A DNA stretch of 59,356 nt from IMG/VR virus record IMGVR_UViG_3300034073_001486, positions 1-59,356 of that record, one strand, 5' to 3'. The notes under the pieces were generated by a model, which saw nothing but the letters and a program-made list of their open reading frames with translations, made no database searches and was not told where the DNA came from. This DNA is from a virus. Its lineage: Duplodnaviria; Caudoviricetes. Shown one piece after another: positions 1 through 11,145 of the stretch; position 1 is the first letter of the stretch, and every line of letters starts with the position of its first letter. The position numbers and the translations under genes are program-made.

Positions 1-231
1 CGCCTCCCGCTCTGCGTCGGTGAGCGTGAACGGCGTCAACGTGCAGTAGCGGGTCACGTTGCCGGTGATGTAGGGGCAGACCGGCGAGCGGTAGAGCGGT
101 GCAATCCCGTGATTTCCGGCGACCGACGATGAGATCGCCTTCGCTTCTTCTTCGATGCAATAGACATCGTAGATGCGGTCGCCGTCAGCGAGCATCACCG
201 CCCACGCTACCGGCTGCTGACTCTGCATCAT
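1..231 (-). CDS. Small hypothetical phage protein, truncated at the window start (MMQSQQPVAWAVML...TLTDAEREA)
   Basis: Translated by hand; ATG at 231 with GAGG upstream, open to position 1. Confidence 0.6.
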   Translation of the reverse strand, partial: MMQSQQPVAWAVMLADGDRIYDVYCIEEEAKAISSSVAGNHGIAPLYRSPVCPYITGNVTRYCTLTPFTLTDAEREA

Positions 232-254
232 GTCCTCACCTTCCGCCTGTAGTG

Positions 255-497
255 TCATTCGCTCCACGGCAAACCAAAAGTCAACGCAGCGATCTTGGTG
301 TCCAGTTCCCGCAGCCGTTTTAGGTGCGTGGCGTCCAGCCACTCTTGTAGCCGCACCCTCTCGGCCAAAGCCTCCTGGAGTTTGGCTTCGCGGTAATGGT
401 GCGAGCATAGATCACGCTCGCTGCCGATGTCTCGCTTTGCATCGGTGGCTGGCATCTTCAGCCCGCACACATCGCAAGTAACGCTTGCCGTTGCCAT
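255..497 (-). CDS. Small hypothetical protein with CxxC motif
   Basis: C-terminal 80 aa of ORF 255..770; AAGGAG RBS before the ATG at 497. Confidence 0.65.
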   Translation of the reverse strand: MATASVTCDVCGLKMPATDAKRDIGSERDLCSHHYREAKLQEALAERVRLQEWLDATHLKRLRELDTKIAALTFGLPWSE

Positions 498-576
498 GAG
501 CCGACTCCTTTCGGCCCACATTGTACCCCCGTCCACCAACCCGAGCCACCGACATTCCACGTTTTGCGAAACGCGA

Positions 577-609
577 ACTTGCGGGGTACTTGCGGGGTAC
601 ATGCGGGGT
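577..609. repeat. Three tandem 11-bp repeats ACWTGCGGGGT
   Basis: acttgcggggt acttgcggggt acatgcggggt in the intergenic region. Confidence 0.85.
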
Positions 610-637
610 GGCGGCGTTACCTTGCTGGTGTAGAGAA

Positions 638-961
638 CTAGGCCGCAGGCGCCGCGATCACGCCCTGTTCGACGCCCACCTTGGCAACGTAAGCCATCAG
701 ACTGCCGACCACCGCCGCGAGGTCTGGATCGCTCTCGGCACCGGCAAGCAGAGAGTCGACGGTGAGCCACTCGCCAGCGTCGGGGGCGAACTCGCCGCCG
801 TCTTCGGTGCTGCGGAACTTCCGCAGCCGCACGCGGGCCGTGGCGTCCCCGCCGAGAGTCGGGGCTGAGACCACCACCTCCTCCAGCCAGACCTTATCGT
901 AGACCGCGTTGATGCTCGTCGGATTCGCGGCCATGAGCGTAGGTACTGAAATTGCCATCAT
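638..961 (-). CDS. Hypothetical protein downstream of tail fibre (possible fibre chaperone)
   Basis: 107-aa ORF with GGAG RBS directly after the fibre gene. Confidence 0.6.
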   Translation of the reverse strand: MMAISVPTLMAANPTSINAVYDKVWLEEVVVSAPTLGGDATARVRLRKFRSTEDGGEFAPDAGEWLTVDSLLAGAESDPDLAAVVGSLMAYVAKVGVEQGVIAAPAA

Positions 962-967
962 CTACTC

Positions 968-2701
968 CTAGTGAAGATCGACCCAGTTGGTTCCGTCGTA
1001 GACCCTGAGTTTGTTTGTGCTGGAGTTGTAGTAAACGTCCCCAGCCTCATTGCCGCTCGCTGGATCAGCGGCGAGGGGGACGAAGCGGACTGCGCCGGTG
1101 CTTTTGATGCGGACTCGCTCAACGCTGTTTGTGCCGAGCGTAAGAGGCGAAGCCGATAACGTCGCAATGCCAAGCGTTCCGCTTACGGCCGCCAAGGCTG
1201 TGCCGCCTGCGCCGACGCTCAAAACTGTCGCAGATGCGTATGACGCTCCGTATGACAGCACTGCAAATTGGCTAGCACCAGCCGATGAATTGAGACGCAC
1301 CCGCGACATGCTGGTGCCTGCCGGTGCTTGGTAAACGTCAATGGAGTCGAAGCCTACTCGCAGCCTTTCGCTCCCCGCGACAACCGCACTTAAAGTGTCT
1401 GAGCCGCCAACCTGTGCAATCCCCGTGTTGCTATCGCCACTGAAGCACAACGCCGGTGCCGCCGCGCTGCCTGCGGAGACGGTGATGACGCCGTTCACAT
1501 CCAACGCCGTCGCTGGCGTGGTGCGGCTCGCTCCGATGCCGACGTTGCCGGCGAAATAGTTTTGCGCGGTGCCGTCCGCATAAAAATTCCATCTGCCGGT
1601 GGCGCTAGCGATCCCGCTGTACACGCCGTAGTTGTTTGTTGCGGCTGTAAAACCGCTGCCGACAAAAAAACCGTACTGATTTGTGATCGACGCACCAGAG
1701 CCGAGCGTTGCGCCATTTGTGTGAAAAAGCGCTAGAGTGCCGGTTGTCGCATCTGCGGCCATTGTCGCCGCAGATGCGACAACAAGAACATTAGACGTGC
1801 TGTCGGCAGAAACTGTCGGCATGACAAGCTCGCCATACCGCGTAGACGCACTTGAAAGAGTGTGTTGATGGTAAACGCCAACATTGCTTGCACCAGTGCC
1901 GCCGAGGCCAACGTTCCCATCCGACCGCACCCGCACCCGCTCCACCCCTGCGGTCGAAATCGCCACGGTATCGGCGGCTGGGAATAGGAGGCCGGTGTTG
2001 CTATCGCCAGACGCTACGATCGCCGGGGCCGCCGCGCTGCCTGCGGCGACTGTGATCACGCCGTTTACGTCAAGGGCCGATGCGGGCGTGCTGCGTGACA
2101 CGCCGATGCCGACGTTGCCAGCAAACCAGTTTTGCGCCGTGCCGTCCGCATAGATGTTCCACTGGTCTGCACCGGCAGCAACGCCACAAAAAATCACGCT
2201 CTTTGCGTCAATGGCACCATTAAATGTGGCGTTACCCGTAAACGTCGGACTCGCCGCCGGTGCCGCACCGATGTCGCTCGGCGTCAACGCGTCACTGCCC
2301 CCGGTCGCGTGGGCGCTGGCGTGCGTGGTCGACGCCTTCCCAGCGAGCGACGACCCCAAACTCCCCGCCGGCCATCCGCCAATGGGCTGCGAGCCGACGC
2401 CAACATTGCCGATCGTTTTCGTCGACCACGTTGCCGACGAATAGTTGTAACTGAGTGCCACATCGTAGGGTTTCGGCGGAGAGCCGGCCGACACAATATT
2501 GAGGTCGGTGATCTGTGCGAGTGTGTGCGTATGGCTACGCGGCGTCGCCGTCACATACGCCAGCGAGGTGTAAGCGTCGGTGCCGTTGCCGATGACGAGC
2601 GTGTTTTCGTCGGTAACGACGAGCAACTCCCCCGCCAGCGGCGTCGGGTTGACGCTCGTCAGGTTCGCGTTTGTACCCCGTTTGTTTTGGACGCGCGGCA
2701 T
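968..2701 (-). CDS. Tail fibre / receptor-binding protein with Mtd_N-like N-terminal anchor and an internal duplication
   Basis: N-terminal QxKRGT...NPTPLAGE...GNG motif; HxH repeats; two copies of WNxYADGTAQNxFAGNVGIG...ALDVNGVITVxAGSAAAPA about 190 aa apart. Confidence 0.8.
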   Translation of the reverse strand: MPRVQNKRGTNANLTSVNPTPLAGELLVVTDENTLVIGNGTDAYTSLAYVTATPRSHTHTLAQITDLNIVSAGSPPKPYDVALSYNYSSATWSTKTIGNVGVGSQPIGGWPAGSLGSSLAGKASTTHASAHATGGSDALTPSDIGAAPAASPTFTGNATFNGAIDAKSVIFCGVAAGADQWNIYADGTAQNWFAGNVGIGVSRSTPASALDVNGVITVAAGSAAAPAIVASGDSNTGLLFPAADTVAISTAGVERVRVRSDGNVGLGGTGASNVGVYHQHTLSSASTRYGELVMPTVSADSTSNVLVVASAATMAADATTGTLALFHTNGATLGSGASITNQYGFFVGSGFTAATNNYGVYSGIASATGRWNFYADGTAQNYFAGNVGIGASRTTPATALDVNGVITVSAGSAAAPALCFSGDSNTGIAQVGGSDTLSAVVAGSERLRVGFDSIDVYQAPAGTSMSRVRLNSSAGASQFAVLSYGASYASATVLSVGAGGTALAAVSGTLGIATLSASPLTLGTNSVERVRIKSTGAVRFVPLAADPASGNEAGDVYYNSSTNKLRVYDGTNWVDLH

Positions 2702-2722
2702 TAGGTTTGTTGTGTAAGGTCG

Positions 2723-2842
2723 TTACGGGGCGATGAAAAACACAATCGTCCAGCGTGCGATCCAGACGCCTAACACGCCGCCCGCCACGCCTGCCGGGAA
2801 TGAGGCAAGAACCAGCGCGGCGGCGAAGGCGTCGTTGCTCAT
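2723..2842 (-). CDS. 39-aa hydrophobic peptide (MSNDAFAAALVLASFPAGVAGGVLGVWIARWTIVFFIAP)
   Basis: ATGA overlap with the stop of the upstream gene; fills the gap; single TM-like stretch. Confidence 0.45.
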   Translation of the reverse strand: MSNDAFAAALVLASFPAGVAGGVLGVWIARWTIVFFIAP

Positions 2843-3633
2843 GCGTCTGGTAATGCGGCCGTTGGCGGCGTGAAAGTTGCCGTGTAGCGGGCAACGCCTT
2901 TTGTAATGCGAAGGTCGTCTATGTAGCCCCTGTACGGCTGCCCTGCGGCACCTGCATATCCCACAGAATCATTGGTGCGAAAGTAGTCCGTATTGTCGGT
3001 TGCCGTGCTTCCGACCTGCGTCCCGTCGACAAACAGCCGCAGGCTGCCGGATGATCTAGTTAGGGCTATGTGATACCACTGGTTTTGAACAAATGCGTAG
3101 GACTCATTGAAAGTTCCTGCCGTGCCGTAGCGATTTACTGCAACTGCATCTGGAGTTCCGTTGCTATTTGAGTCTCGCAGATTTAAGAGAAGGCTTCCCG
3201 ACGCCGTGCCGCCAAACAGGGTTGCATACTCTGTTGGATGCGCTTCCGAACGGAACCACATTTCGACAGTGAAGTCGCCGGTTCCAAACGTCAGGTCGAC
3301 GCTAGAGCTGAGCGTTAAATAGTCGCCATTCCCGTCAAAATACGCCGACTTTCCGCCGAACTTGCTCTGCGTCGCCGATTGCGTTGCATTTCCGCCAGCC
3401 GTAACTGTTTTCGGCGTGCCGCTAGAATCGGTAAACGTAGAGCCGCTTCCATCCATGTGCAGCAGCAGCGAGACGCTGGCAAAGTTGGGATCAGTCGTCA
3501 CCTGGGGCGGCCACGCCCCAGCCCGCTGCTGCCGCTCGGCAGTCCGCAAGTCCCACACGCCAGACGCCGACCCCTGGGACGTGCTGGGCGTGCGTGAAAA
3601 GCCGATGTAGCTGCCGTTAGAGCGAAGTGTCAT
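2839..3633 (-). CDS. LamG / concanavalin A-like lectin-domain virion protein
   Basis: SLLLHMDG, SAYFDGNGDYL, GDFTVEMW, WYHIALTR, GYIDDLRITKGVARY motifs. Confidence 0.85.
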   Translation of the reverse strand: MTLRSNGSYIGFSRTPSTSQGSASGVWDLRTAERQQRAGAWPPQVTTDPNFASVSLLLHMDGSGSTFTDSSGTPKTVTAGGNATQSATQSKFGGKSAYFDGNGDYLTLSSSVDLTFGTGDFTVEMWFRSEAHPTEYATLFGGTASGSLLLNLRDSNSNGTPDAVAVNRYGTAGTFNESYAFVQNQWYHIALTRSSGSLRLFVDGTQVGSTATDNTDYFRTNDSVGYAGAAGQPYRGYIDDLRITKGVARYTATFTPPTAALPDA

Positions 3634-3661
3634 GGTGCGCTACCGTTGTGATGTGGGGAAG

Positions 3662-4227
<566 letters not shown>

Positions 4228-4231
<4 letters not shown>

Positions 4232-4602
4232 TGATACTCCTTCCAGTAGGCCACAACCTCAAGGTCGCTGGCCGCCGAGGCCGTCACGTACACCGACTGC
4301 CCCTCCTTCACCGAGAGCCCAACATCTTTGAGGACCGGAACCAGCGAAGCGTCGGCCGGAACGCTCACCGTGCTGGCGAGGCGCCCGCCGCCGCCGGTGT
4401 TGGTGGCCGCGTTGTAGACGGTAACCGTCACGTCGCAGGCGCTGGCGCCGTCAACATTGCTTACCAGCACGCTATCGACGAGGTACACCTTGTTGCTTGT
4501 TGAAGCATTGGAGAGCAGTTGCGTCTCCGAGGTGCTGGTCAGAGCGACAAAGGTGTTGGCTGCGTAAACGGCAGTGGGCGCCGCGAGGTTTGGGTTGGCC
4601 AT
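4228..4602 (-). CDS. Small beta-rich virion protein
   Basis: MANPNL...VSNVDG...VPADASL pattern; position in the fibre operon. Confidence 0.7.
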
Positions 4603-4611
4603 GAGTGTTCC

Positions 4612-5109
4612 TTAGCTAAGAGCCCAGATGGTTCCGAGAGACGGTCCAGACGCGGGCTTGTTGGTGAGATCGTTGTACGAACCGGATGTCGCCACAGTAG
4701 CGAGCCCGGTAATATCCGTGGCGGCGGAGTGCGTGTGCGACGAGGCGGCCTTGCCGTCCAGCGTGGTCTGAAGATTTGTCACATCGCCAATTGCGTGCGA
4801 ATGACTGGTCGCGGCGGCCCCGATGTCCGCTGCCGTAATCGCATCGGCCCCACCCGTCGCATGGGATGCCTTATGGGCCGAGGGTGTGCGGGCGTCCGAA
4901 AGCCGCGCGTCATTTGTCAAGACCACGTTGGCTGACAGGCGGGCGTCCGCAAGCGTGCCGGCCGTGAGCTGAGAAGCGTCCGTCACCAGGCTGGCAATGT
5001 TAGCCGCCGTCACACGGCTGGTTGCGGTCGCGCCAGCATCGACGACCGGAACCATGTCGGTTCCGGCGATGGTCTTGGTTGGCAGTGCAGAGATTTTTAC
5101 ATCAGGCAT
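4612..5109 (-). CDS. Tail fibre-related protein with HxH repeats
   Basis: KISALP N-terminus; HKASHATGGADAI, HSH and ATVATSGSYNDL fibre repeats. Confidence 0.75.
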   Translation of the reverse strand: MPDVKISALPTKTIAGTDMVPVVDAGATATSRVTAANIASLVTDASQLTAGTLADARLSANVVLTNDARLSDARTPSAHKASHATGGADAITAADIGAAATSHSHAIGDVTNLQTTLDGKAASSHTHSAATDITGLATVATSGSYNDLTNKPASGPSLGTIWALS

Positions 5110-5115
5110 GCAGTG

Positions 5116-6414
5116 TTACTCCGTCCTGAGCGGATCTCCGCCCTCAGTAATTAGTGTGCTTCCGGACTCCAGAAGCAGGCGGAAATTGGCAATGATCTCC
5201 CCGCAGTCCAACTCAATGTCAGACTCGCCTGCCACAGTCAGCCGCCCCTTGGCGTCTACAGTGAAAGTCGCCACCATGGATGCCGAGCCGTACGATCCAG
5301 GCGTGACCGCCGTGGTGCTTAGGGATGGGTTGGGGTACGTGCCAGAAAGGTCTCCGCCAGCGGAGCCGGAAGGGGCTCGCGAGTCGCCAAGACGGGAATC
5401 CGTGGTCAGCACCACATTGGCCGAGAGACGGGCATCGTTGACCGTCCCCGAGGCGATGTCCTCGCCGGCCAAGACAATAGCACCCGTTCTCCCGGCCACG
5501 GCCTGGACAGGCGCCGCGGCAGCGGCTCGCACGTCCGTGTAGTATAGGTTGGTGGAGCCCTCGGAAATGGCGTCCGTGGTCCCGGGCGAGCCGACGATTT
5601 CGATGTACTGCGAGCCAGACCACCGATAGACCTTGTTCTCAGAGGTGACCACGTACATCTTGCCGGCCTCGCCTGTGGCTGGCAGGTCTCCCGTGGTGGC
5701 GTACTCCAAAACATCGTCTACAAACCCCGGGAGCTGGTTGGACGGCACCGTGCCATTGACCAGCGTGGCATACGTTCCTGCGGCCTGCTTGCCAGACAGA
5801 AGTCCGTCTACCTCCGTTTCCGTGTAGTAACGGTCGTCATGTGTGTGGCCTGTGGCTGACTTGCCAGCAAGAAGGTTGTCTGTCTCAGTCTCTGTGTAGT
5901 ACCGATCATCATGCGCGTGCCCGGCATCCGACTTGCCGTCCAGGGCCGCCTGGAGGCCGGAGACGGTAGAGATGGCCTGGGTGTTGGTGTGCGTGCTGCG
6001 ATCCCGAAGATCGGCATCGGAGCTGTTGGCCGTGGCGCCATCAGCAATTCCGTCCAGCTTCGTTTTCGCAGAAGACCCAGCCCACCATGCCGCAACCGCT
6101 TGGAATACACGCAGAGCGGTCCACGCGCGGCGAGTGGTGGCCGTTCCTGTTTCAGCCTCTGCCTGCGACACCGTATCGCCAGACCACTCCCGCGAGTCGG
6201 AAAGCCTCGGGTCCGTGAGTAGGGCGTATTCATCAAGCCAATACGGCAACGACTGCCAGCGGGTGACGCCGTCACCAATCTTGATCTTCTGGGTGTCTGT
6301 CTCAAAGCCCGCTTCACCTGGAAGGAGAAGCGTATTGCGAGCGGTCCACTCCGCAGCCGTGCCTCGGCGAAACTGGATCTTCTGCTTTTTCCAGTTGGCG
6401 GACTCGGACATCAC
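5116..6414 (-). CDS. Tail fibre protein with Mtd_N/hyaluronidase-like N-terminus and phage tail repeats
   Basis: [11 protein letters not shown]...[17 protein letters not shown]; two [12 protein letters not shown] repeats. Confidence 0.8.
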   Translation of the reverse strand: MMSESANWKKQKIQFRRGTAAEWTARNTLLLPGEAGFETDTQKIKIGDGVTRWQSLPYWLDEYALLTDPRLSDSREWSGDTVSQAEAETGTATTRRAWTALRVFQAVAAWWAGSSAKTKLDGIADGATANSSDADLRDRSTHTNTQAISTVSGLQAALDGKSDAGHAHDDRYYTETETDNLLAGKSATGHTHDDRYYTETEVDGLLSGKQAAGTYATLVNGTVPSNQLPGFVDDVLEYATTGDLPATGEAGKMYVVTSENKVYRWSGSQYIEIVGSPGTTDAISEGSTNLYYTDVRAAAAAPVQAVAGRTGAIVLAGEDIASGTVNDARLSANVVLTTDSRLGDSRAPSGSAGGDLSGTYPNPSLSTTAVTPGSYGSASMVATFTVDAKGRLTVAGESDIELDCGEIIANFRLLLESGSTLITEGGDPLRTE

Positions 6415-6944
6415 CTGCCCTTTGCGCGGTAGGTGTGCTTCTCCAAAATCCGCTCGCGGAGTTCGCCTGCCTTCACCTTGGGGTTGTGCCGCTTGGCGCG
6501 GGCGATTTCCTCTTTGACGATCTTCTCGTTAATCAGCTTGCGCTGCGGAGCCTGTGGGCCCGGGTCGTACTCCACCGCTCCGCTGACGGCCATCCGACGC
6601 TTCTGGGCCACGCGGAGGATTTCGTCACGGCTGGAAACCCATGCCTCCGGGTCTCGCCAGCCACGCTTGTCGGCAATCCCGCCGCAGTAGTACTTGCCAG
6701 AGATGTTGATCCCGGCCTGCTTGGCCTCCCGCGACAGCCAGCGGGCGGAATGCATTGGCATCTCGTCCAACTGCTGGTTGTTCATGCGTCCCTGCATGAA
6801 GTTCCGGTCGGTCCCCTTTGTCGCAGGAGGAGTCCCAAGTGCCACCATCTCCGCAAAACGAGAAGACGAGCCAGCAGCGACGGCTCGCTTGTAGGCTTGG
6901 ATCGCCTCATGGCCGGCGTTCCTCACGTCACTGGGGATGTCCAT
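6411..6944 (-). CDS. Hypothetical protein downstream of portal
   Basis: 177-aa ORF coupled to both neighbours. Confidence 0.7.
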   Translation of the reverse strand: MDIPSDVRNAGHEAIQAYKRAVAAGSSSRFAEMVALGTPPATKGTDRNFMQGRMNNQQLDEMPMHSARWLSREAKQAGINISGKYYCGGIADKRGWRDPEAWVSSRDEILRVAQKRRMAVSGAVEYDPGPQAPQRKLINEKIVKEEIARAKRHNPKVKAGELRERILEKHTYRAKGR

Positions 6945-6950
6945 ATAGGG

Positions 6951-8936
6951 TCATTGTCCTTCGGGAGGGGCCTGATCTGGAGCCGGCTGACCGGGCGGAG
7001 GGGGTGGTGGTGGCGGGATCTGATAACCAGACACATCCATCTGGTTGACCTTGCCCCACGCATCCATGAGCGAGTTGAACAGCTCGGGGCGACCCGCCTG
7101 CATGAGGCCCTGAGCCACCGGCATGATGATCTGCAAGAAGTTGTTGAGGTTCTCGGTCTTGGTGGCGATGTTGGGCTTACGCGCGCTCCCAGCCTCCACG
7201 CGGTAGGAGTACTCGCGGACAATCTCGTCCGGGCCCTCGCCCTGGACGTGCATGCCCCACGCCTGCGCCGCCATCGGCCCGAGAATTGGGACAACATCCT
7301 GCGGATAGATCAGCCACCGAGCCAGCAGCGCTTCCTTGCGGGCGACCTCCGAGAGGGCGTCTTCCAAAATCGAAGCATAGTCGTCGGGCCTGACCGAGAT
7401 TTGCTCGCTCTTCACGGTGGCCTCTGCCGCCGATCTGAAGGATGCCCTGGTCATGCCATAAATGAGTTCTGTCAAGCCCACCCGGCGGTCGAACAGCGAA
7501 GTGACCTCGGAGATGATCTGGTACATGTCCGTGGTCACGCCCGGCGTCTGGAACACCGAGATCACATCGTTGACATTCCGGCCGATGGCCTCAGAGATTT
7601 CAACAATCTTGAATCCATTTTCTGCCTTCTCAAGAATCTTGGCCTTGAGATCCGGGTCGGCGGCCTTCGCCACGCCGATCATTGTCTGGCTGCTGGTGGC
7701 GATCCGCTGGGCCAAAAAGCTCATCGCCCAGTTAATGAATCGCAGCTCACCGATACCGGGCCGGATCAAAGAGATGGGCCAAGAGTAGCCGGGCTTGCCG
7801 TGCCATGCCAGGAGCGTGAACGGCCATCCATTCGGCTCGGCCCAGAAGGGGATGGGCCACTGAGCGGCCATGAAGAAGTTCTGCGGGATGCCCGTCTCGT
7901 CGACTGGCTCCTGTAACAGGGCAGGGGGGAGGTTCAGCGGGAAGTCCACGCCTTCGGCCACAACGATGTAGCAGTTTGGCCCAAGGGAGTCGAACTTGCC
8001 CTGGAGTTCCTTGTCGGCGTTCTTGAGCCGATCCCCGAATCCGGTCTTGGAGTAAATCTCCCAGTAGCAGATCAAGTCGTTCGTCTTGCCGCTCTTCCGC
8101 TTGGTCTCATAGCCTCGGTCGCTCTGGTCGGCCCGGGAGGCGTAGGACTCAATGTGACCGCGCAGGTCTTCCCGATTCAGTCCAAACTTCGCCGCCACCT
8201 CGTCGATGGGCTGCGTCCGCTTGCGAGCCGCCCAGCGGATGTCCTCAAACTCATCGGCGTCCGGATCCCACACCAGATTATCCACGGTGTCGTAGAACGA
8301 TCCGGCCATCTTGGTCTGCGAGCCAGGGGGCTGGAAAAGCTCATGCCACCACACGCCCGCGCCTTTAATAAACGCCTCTTCCACCACCTTGCGGCTGTGC
8401 TGCTTGAGGTTCAGTTCATTGGGTGTGTAGTTCAGATAGCTCTCCAGCAACTGGGCGATCACCTTGCGGCGCTCCCACATCATCTGCTGCTGCTGGAGGC
8501 CCTGCTGGTACATCATCATGCCGGGGTCGGGCATCATCACCGGCTGTCCATCGGGGCCGACGACAGGCTGGCCATCAGGCCCCATCTGCGGCACCGGCGG
8601 CTGGGGCTGAATCCCCAAGAGCGCCGGGCCGACGATCGGGTACTCCTTGGGATGCACCGTCCGCGTGGGATTGCGGTGGTGGATGACCGCAGTGAAGAGG
8701 CGCACGGCCTCCCACACACGGTTCACAGACATCCGGAAGGCCGGCGGGTCCATGCCCTTGTTGTAGCCCCGCTCACCCCGAGCCAAGACCTCTTTCCACA
8801 TGACATCCGGGTCAGAGGCGTAGAAGCCCATGGCCTCGTCGGCGTCTAGCTGAAAGGGTCGCTTGTGCTTCTCCGCTTGCTTGATGCACTCAAGCCAGCG
8901 GGTCACAATGGGGCGCAGCGGGTTTTCTTCGGCCAT
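6951..8936 (-). CDS. Portal protein
   Basis: 661 aa; follows TerL; portal-like SAAEATV clip region and Pro/Gln-rich tail. Confidence 0.75.
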   Translation of the reverse strand: MAEENPLRPIVTRWLECIKQAEKHKRPFQLDADEAMGFYASDPDVMWKEVLARGERGYNKGMDPPAFRMSVNRVWEAVRLFTAVIHHRNPTRTVHPKEYPIVGPALLGIQPQPPVPQMGPDGQPVVGPDGQPVMMPDPGMMMYQQGLQQQQMMWERRKVIAQLLESYLNYTPNELNLKQHSRKVVEEAFIKGAGVWWHELFQPPGSQTKMAGSFYDTVDNLVWDPDADEFEDIRWAARKRTQPIDEVAAKFGLNREDLRGHIESYASRADQSDRGYETKRKSGKTNDLICYWEIYSKTGFGDRLKNADKELQGKFDSLGPNCYIVVAEGVDFPLNLPPALLQEPVDETGIPQNFFMAAQWPIPFWAEPNGWPFTLLAWHGKPGYSWPISLIRPGIGELRFINWAMSFLAQRIATSSQTMIGVAKAADPDLKAKILEKAENGFKIVEISEAIGRNVNDVISVFQTPGVTTDMYQIISEVTSLFDRRVGLTELIYGMTRASFRSAAEATVKSEQISVRPDDYASILEDALSEVARKEALLARWLIYPQDVVPILGPMAAQAWGMHVQGEGPDEIVREYSYRVEAGSARKPNIATKTENLNNFLQIIMPVAQGLMQAGRPELFNSLMDAWGKVNQMDVSGYQIPPPPPPPPGQPAPDQAPPEGQ

Positions 8937-8961
8937 GAGGGGCTCCTAATGACTAATGCCC

Positions 8962-9294
8962 CTACTTGGCTTTCCGGCCTTCCAAGGCTTCCAGCTTCTT
9001 CTCCAGAAGGGAGACACGCTCGGACAGCACGGCCTCGGTCGTTTTGGGCCGGTAGTCCCAGAACCCGTATTCCTTCCAGGCCGGGAAGTCCAGTACGCCA
9101 GGGTCGGCCATGTGATGGACGCTGAACCGATCCGTGCCACCGCCATTGGGCGTCAGCACCCAAAGCGTCACCGTCCGGCTAGAGACATCTGTCACCCACG
9201 CCACCTCGGGTCTCGCACCCTCATGGCGGTAGTAATAGACCTGATCGCCAAGCATCGTCTTCGGCATCACATATTCCATCGTTTCGGTCGTCAT
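8962..9294 (-). CDS. Hypothetical protein
   Basis: 110-aa ORF between TerL and portal. Confidence 0.7.
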   Translation of the reverse strand: MTTETMEYVMPKTMLGDQVYYYRHEGARPEVAWVTDVSSRTVTLWVLTPNGGGTDRFSVHHMADPGVLDFPAWKEYGFWDYRPKTTEAVLSERVSLLEKKLEALEGRKAK

Positions 9295-10991
9295 TGCTGC
9301 ATCGCTCCTTGGGGGGCTAGGTAAATCGCACCATCGTCATCGGACTTGCGTTCTCGCCTCCGCTTCTCGGCCAAGTACTTCACCCACCAGGGCTCGGGGC
9401 CCCATGCCTTGGGCGGCGGGTGATACTTGGGCTCAAAGGCACAGAGGTACTCAAGCGTCTGGCAGGCATGCACGTCTCCTCGCGTTTGCGGGGCGTCGGT
9501 GACAAACACCTGACCGTTGACCGTCGTTGTCTTCTTGCGATACCGCCGCATCTCGCGGACAAGGTTGGGGCAAGAGCCTTCCAAGATTTTGAGCTTGGTT
9601 GTCCCGTCGCCTTTGATGTGCAGCAACTGGCGAACGAGGGCCGTGCGGGCTGGGATGTCGTCGGAGCCCGGAATGAACCCAAACCCAGTGAGCTGGGCCT
9701 TAATGTTCCGCTTCTTCAGCTCCTCCGTGTACAGCTCATGCGGCAACCGGCCTGAGCCCAAGTCCCGGAGCAAGCCGCCGTGCATGTCCATGATCATGGC
9801 ATGGATGTGCTGGTCCTTGACCTTCTCTGCGAACTGCTCGCCCCAGATCAGGGCGTTGGCGTTGCGGATGTACAGCTCGTCATAGATCAGTAGGAATCGC
9901 TCGTCTGGCGGCACGGCCGCGAACAGGCTCGCCATCACCGCATGGCCTGGGTCGATGGAGACATAACGGGTCCAGTCGGGCGGGATCTGGCCGGCGGGGA
10001 GATTGTCTCGCGGGTAGCTGTGGACCGACAGATTGAACGTCGGATACATCAGCGTCGACTCGGTGGTGAACTCACCCTCGGCACGCATTCGCAGCTCGTC
10101 CTGCCCGAGAGCCGACCACCGTTCGATGTTCTTCCGCTTTTCCTCGTCGTCGATATGGGCGTTGTCCAAGAACCGGAGAACGAACTTCTTAATGATCGGC
10201 TTGTCGGCGGCCTCCTCCTCGGCCTTCTCGGCACGCTCGCACAAGCCAAGAAGCGCATCGTTCTTGCTCCACGGCATAGCCGACCAAACGAAGCGGCCCT
10301 TGCGGTCAGAGAGGCGGGCCTGCATCTCACCCACCCACCGCTCGTTGTTGATGTCTTCGTCGATGTGGACGAGGTCGGCTTGGAAGCCCTGCGGCGGCTC
10401 GCCTTCACTGGAGAAGCAGTAGATCGTCCAGCCGTTGGTCAGCTCGCACTTGTTGAGGTAGCCAGCGTTCTTCTGCGTCCACGCCATGTCTTTGATGAGC
10501 CGAGGCGGGATCAGCGGAGGGCAGGGCTTCGACTCACGCTTGCGATGGGCGTCGGCCCCGGGGCGGTAGGCACGCCACTGCTGCGTCTCCTCGTCGCGGA
10601 TCATCCGGAACGCCCCGGCCTTAAACAGCATCGGGTACACCACCATGCCGATGTGCTGCCAGTTCTTGCCGATGATCACCAAGTTCCCGTTTTCCTTCGG
10701 GTACTTGTCATAGGGGTCTGAGCCCGTAGCGGCGCGGGCATCCTCCACAAACGAGCAGGCCGATTTTCCGGATCTGTTTCCGCCGATTACCAGCCTTTCA
10801 GATGCCATGCACTTGTGAAACTCTTCCTGCAACGGCATCGGCTCGTACAGCCGCAACGCCTCAATGCGGCGCTGGGCCAGCTCCGACTGGGCGTCCTTGA
10901 GCTGGGCAATCTGATGGGCCGACAGCCCGTCAGATGCCTGAGCCTTCGGGACCAGCGGCGGCGGAATCTGCGGATGTCTTGGTCGTCGCAT
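9291..10991 (-). CDS. terL: Terminase large subunit
   Basis: Walker A GGNRSGKS, Walker B VHIDED, RNase H-like SIDPG; start moved to the ATG at 10991. Confidence 0.92.
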   Translation of the reverse strand: MRRPRHPQIPPPLVPKAQASDGLSAHQIAQLKDAQSELAQRRIEALRLYEPMPLQEEFHKCMASERLVIGGNRSGKSACSFVEDARAATGSDPYDKYPKENGNLVIIGKNWQHIGMVVYPMLFKAGAFRMIRDEETQQWRAYRPGADAHRKRESKPCPPLIPPRLIKDMAWTQKNAGYLNKCELTNGWTIYCFSSEGEPPQGFQADLVHIDEDINNERWVGEMQARLSDRKGRFVWSAMPWSKNDALLGLCERAEKAEEEAADKPIIKKFVLRFLDNAHIDDEEKRKNIERWSALGQDELRMRAEGEFTTESTLMYPTFNLSVHSYPRDNLPAGQIPPDWTRYVSIDPGHAVMASLFAAVPPDERFLLIYDELYIRNANALIWGEQFAEKVKDQHIHAMIMDMHGGLLRDLGSGRLPHELYTEELKKRNIKAQLTGFGFIPGSDDIPARTALVRQLLHIKGDGTTKLKILEGSCPNLVREMRRYRKKTTTVNGQVFVTDAPQTRGDVHACQTLEYLCAFEPKYHPPPKAWGPEPWWVKYLAEKRRRERKSDDDGAIYLAPQGAMQQ

Positions 10992-11145
10992 GACGCTTCT
11001 CGGTGAAGTGGCTACAGAAATCATTCGCCGCCACTATCGGCCACCCGTCCGACTGCGGTGTCAGGTGACACGTTCCCGTCATCGGCGGGTACTGGGTCTT
11101 CACTGCTGGGTACATCAAGAACCACTGGCAGTCTTTGCAGTTCAT
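10930..11145 (-). CDS. Small Cys-rich protein (CxxC...C...C)
   Basis: GGAG RBS; MNCKDCQWF...GTCH...WP...DFCSHF pattern; overlaps both terminase genes. Confidence 0.55.
   Translation of the reverse strand: MNCKDCQWFLMYPAVKTQYPPMTGTCHLTPQSDGWPIVAANDFCSHFTEKRHATTKTSADSAAAGPEGSGI

Noticed and set aside
6435-7916. Long antisense ORFs (for example 6435..7916, 11592..12554, 14778..15833, 47538..48632)
   Set aside because: Shadow frames of real genes in GC-rich DNA; no motifs or RBS
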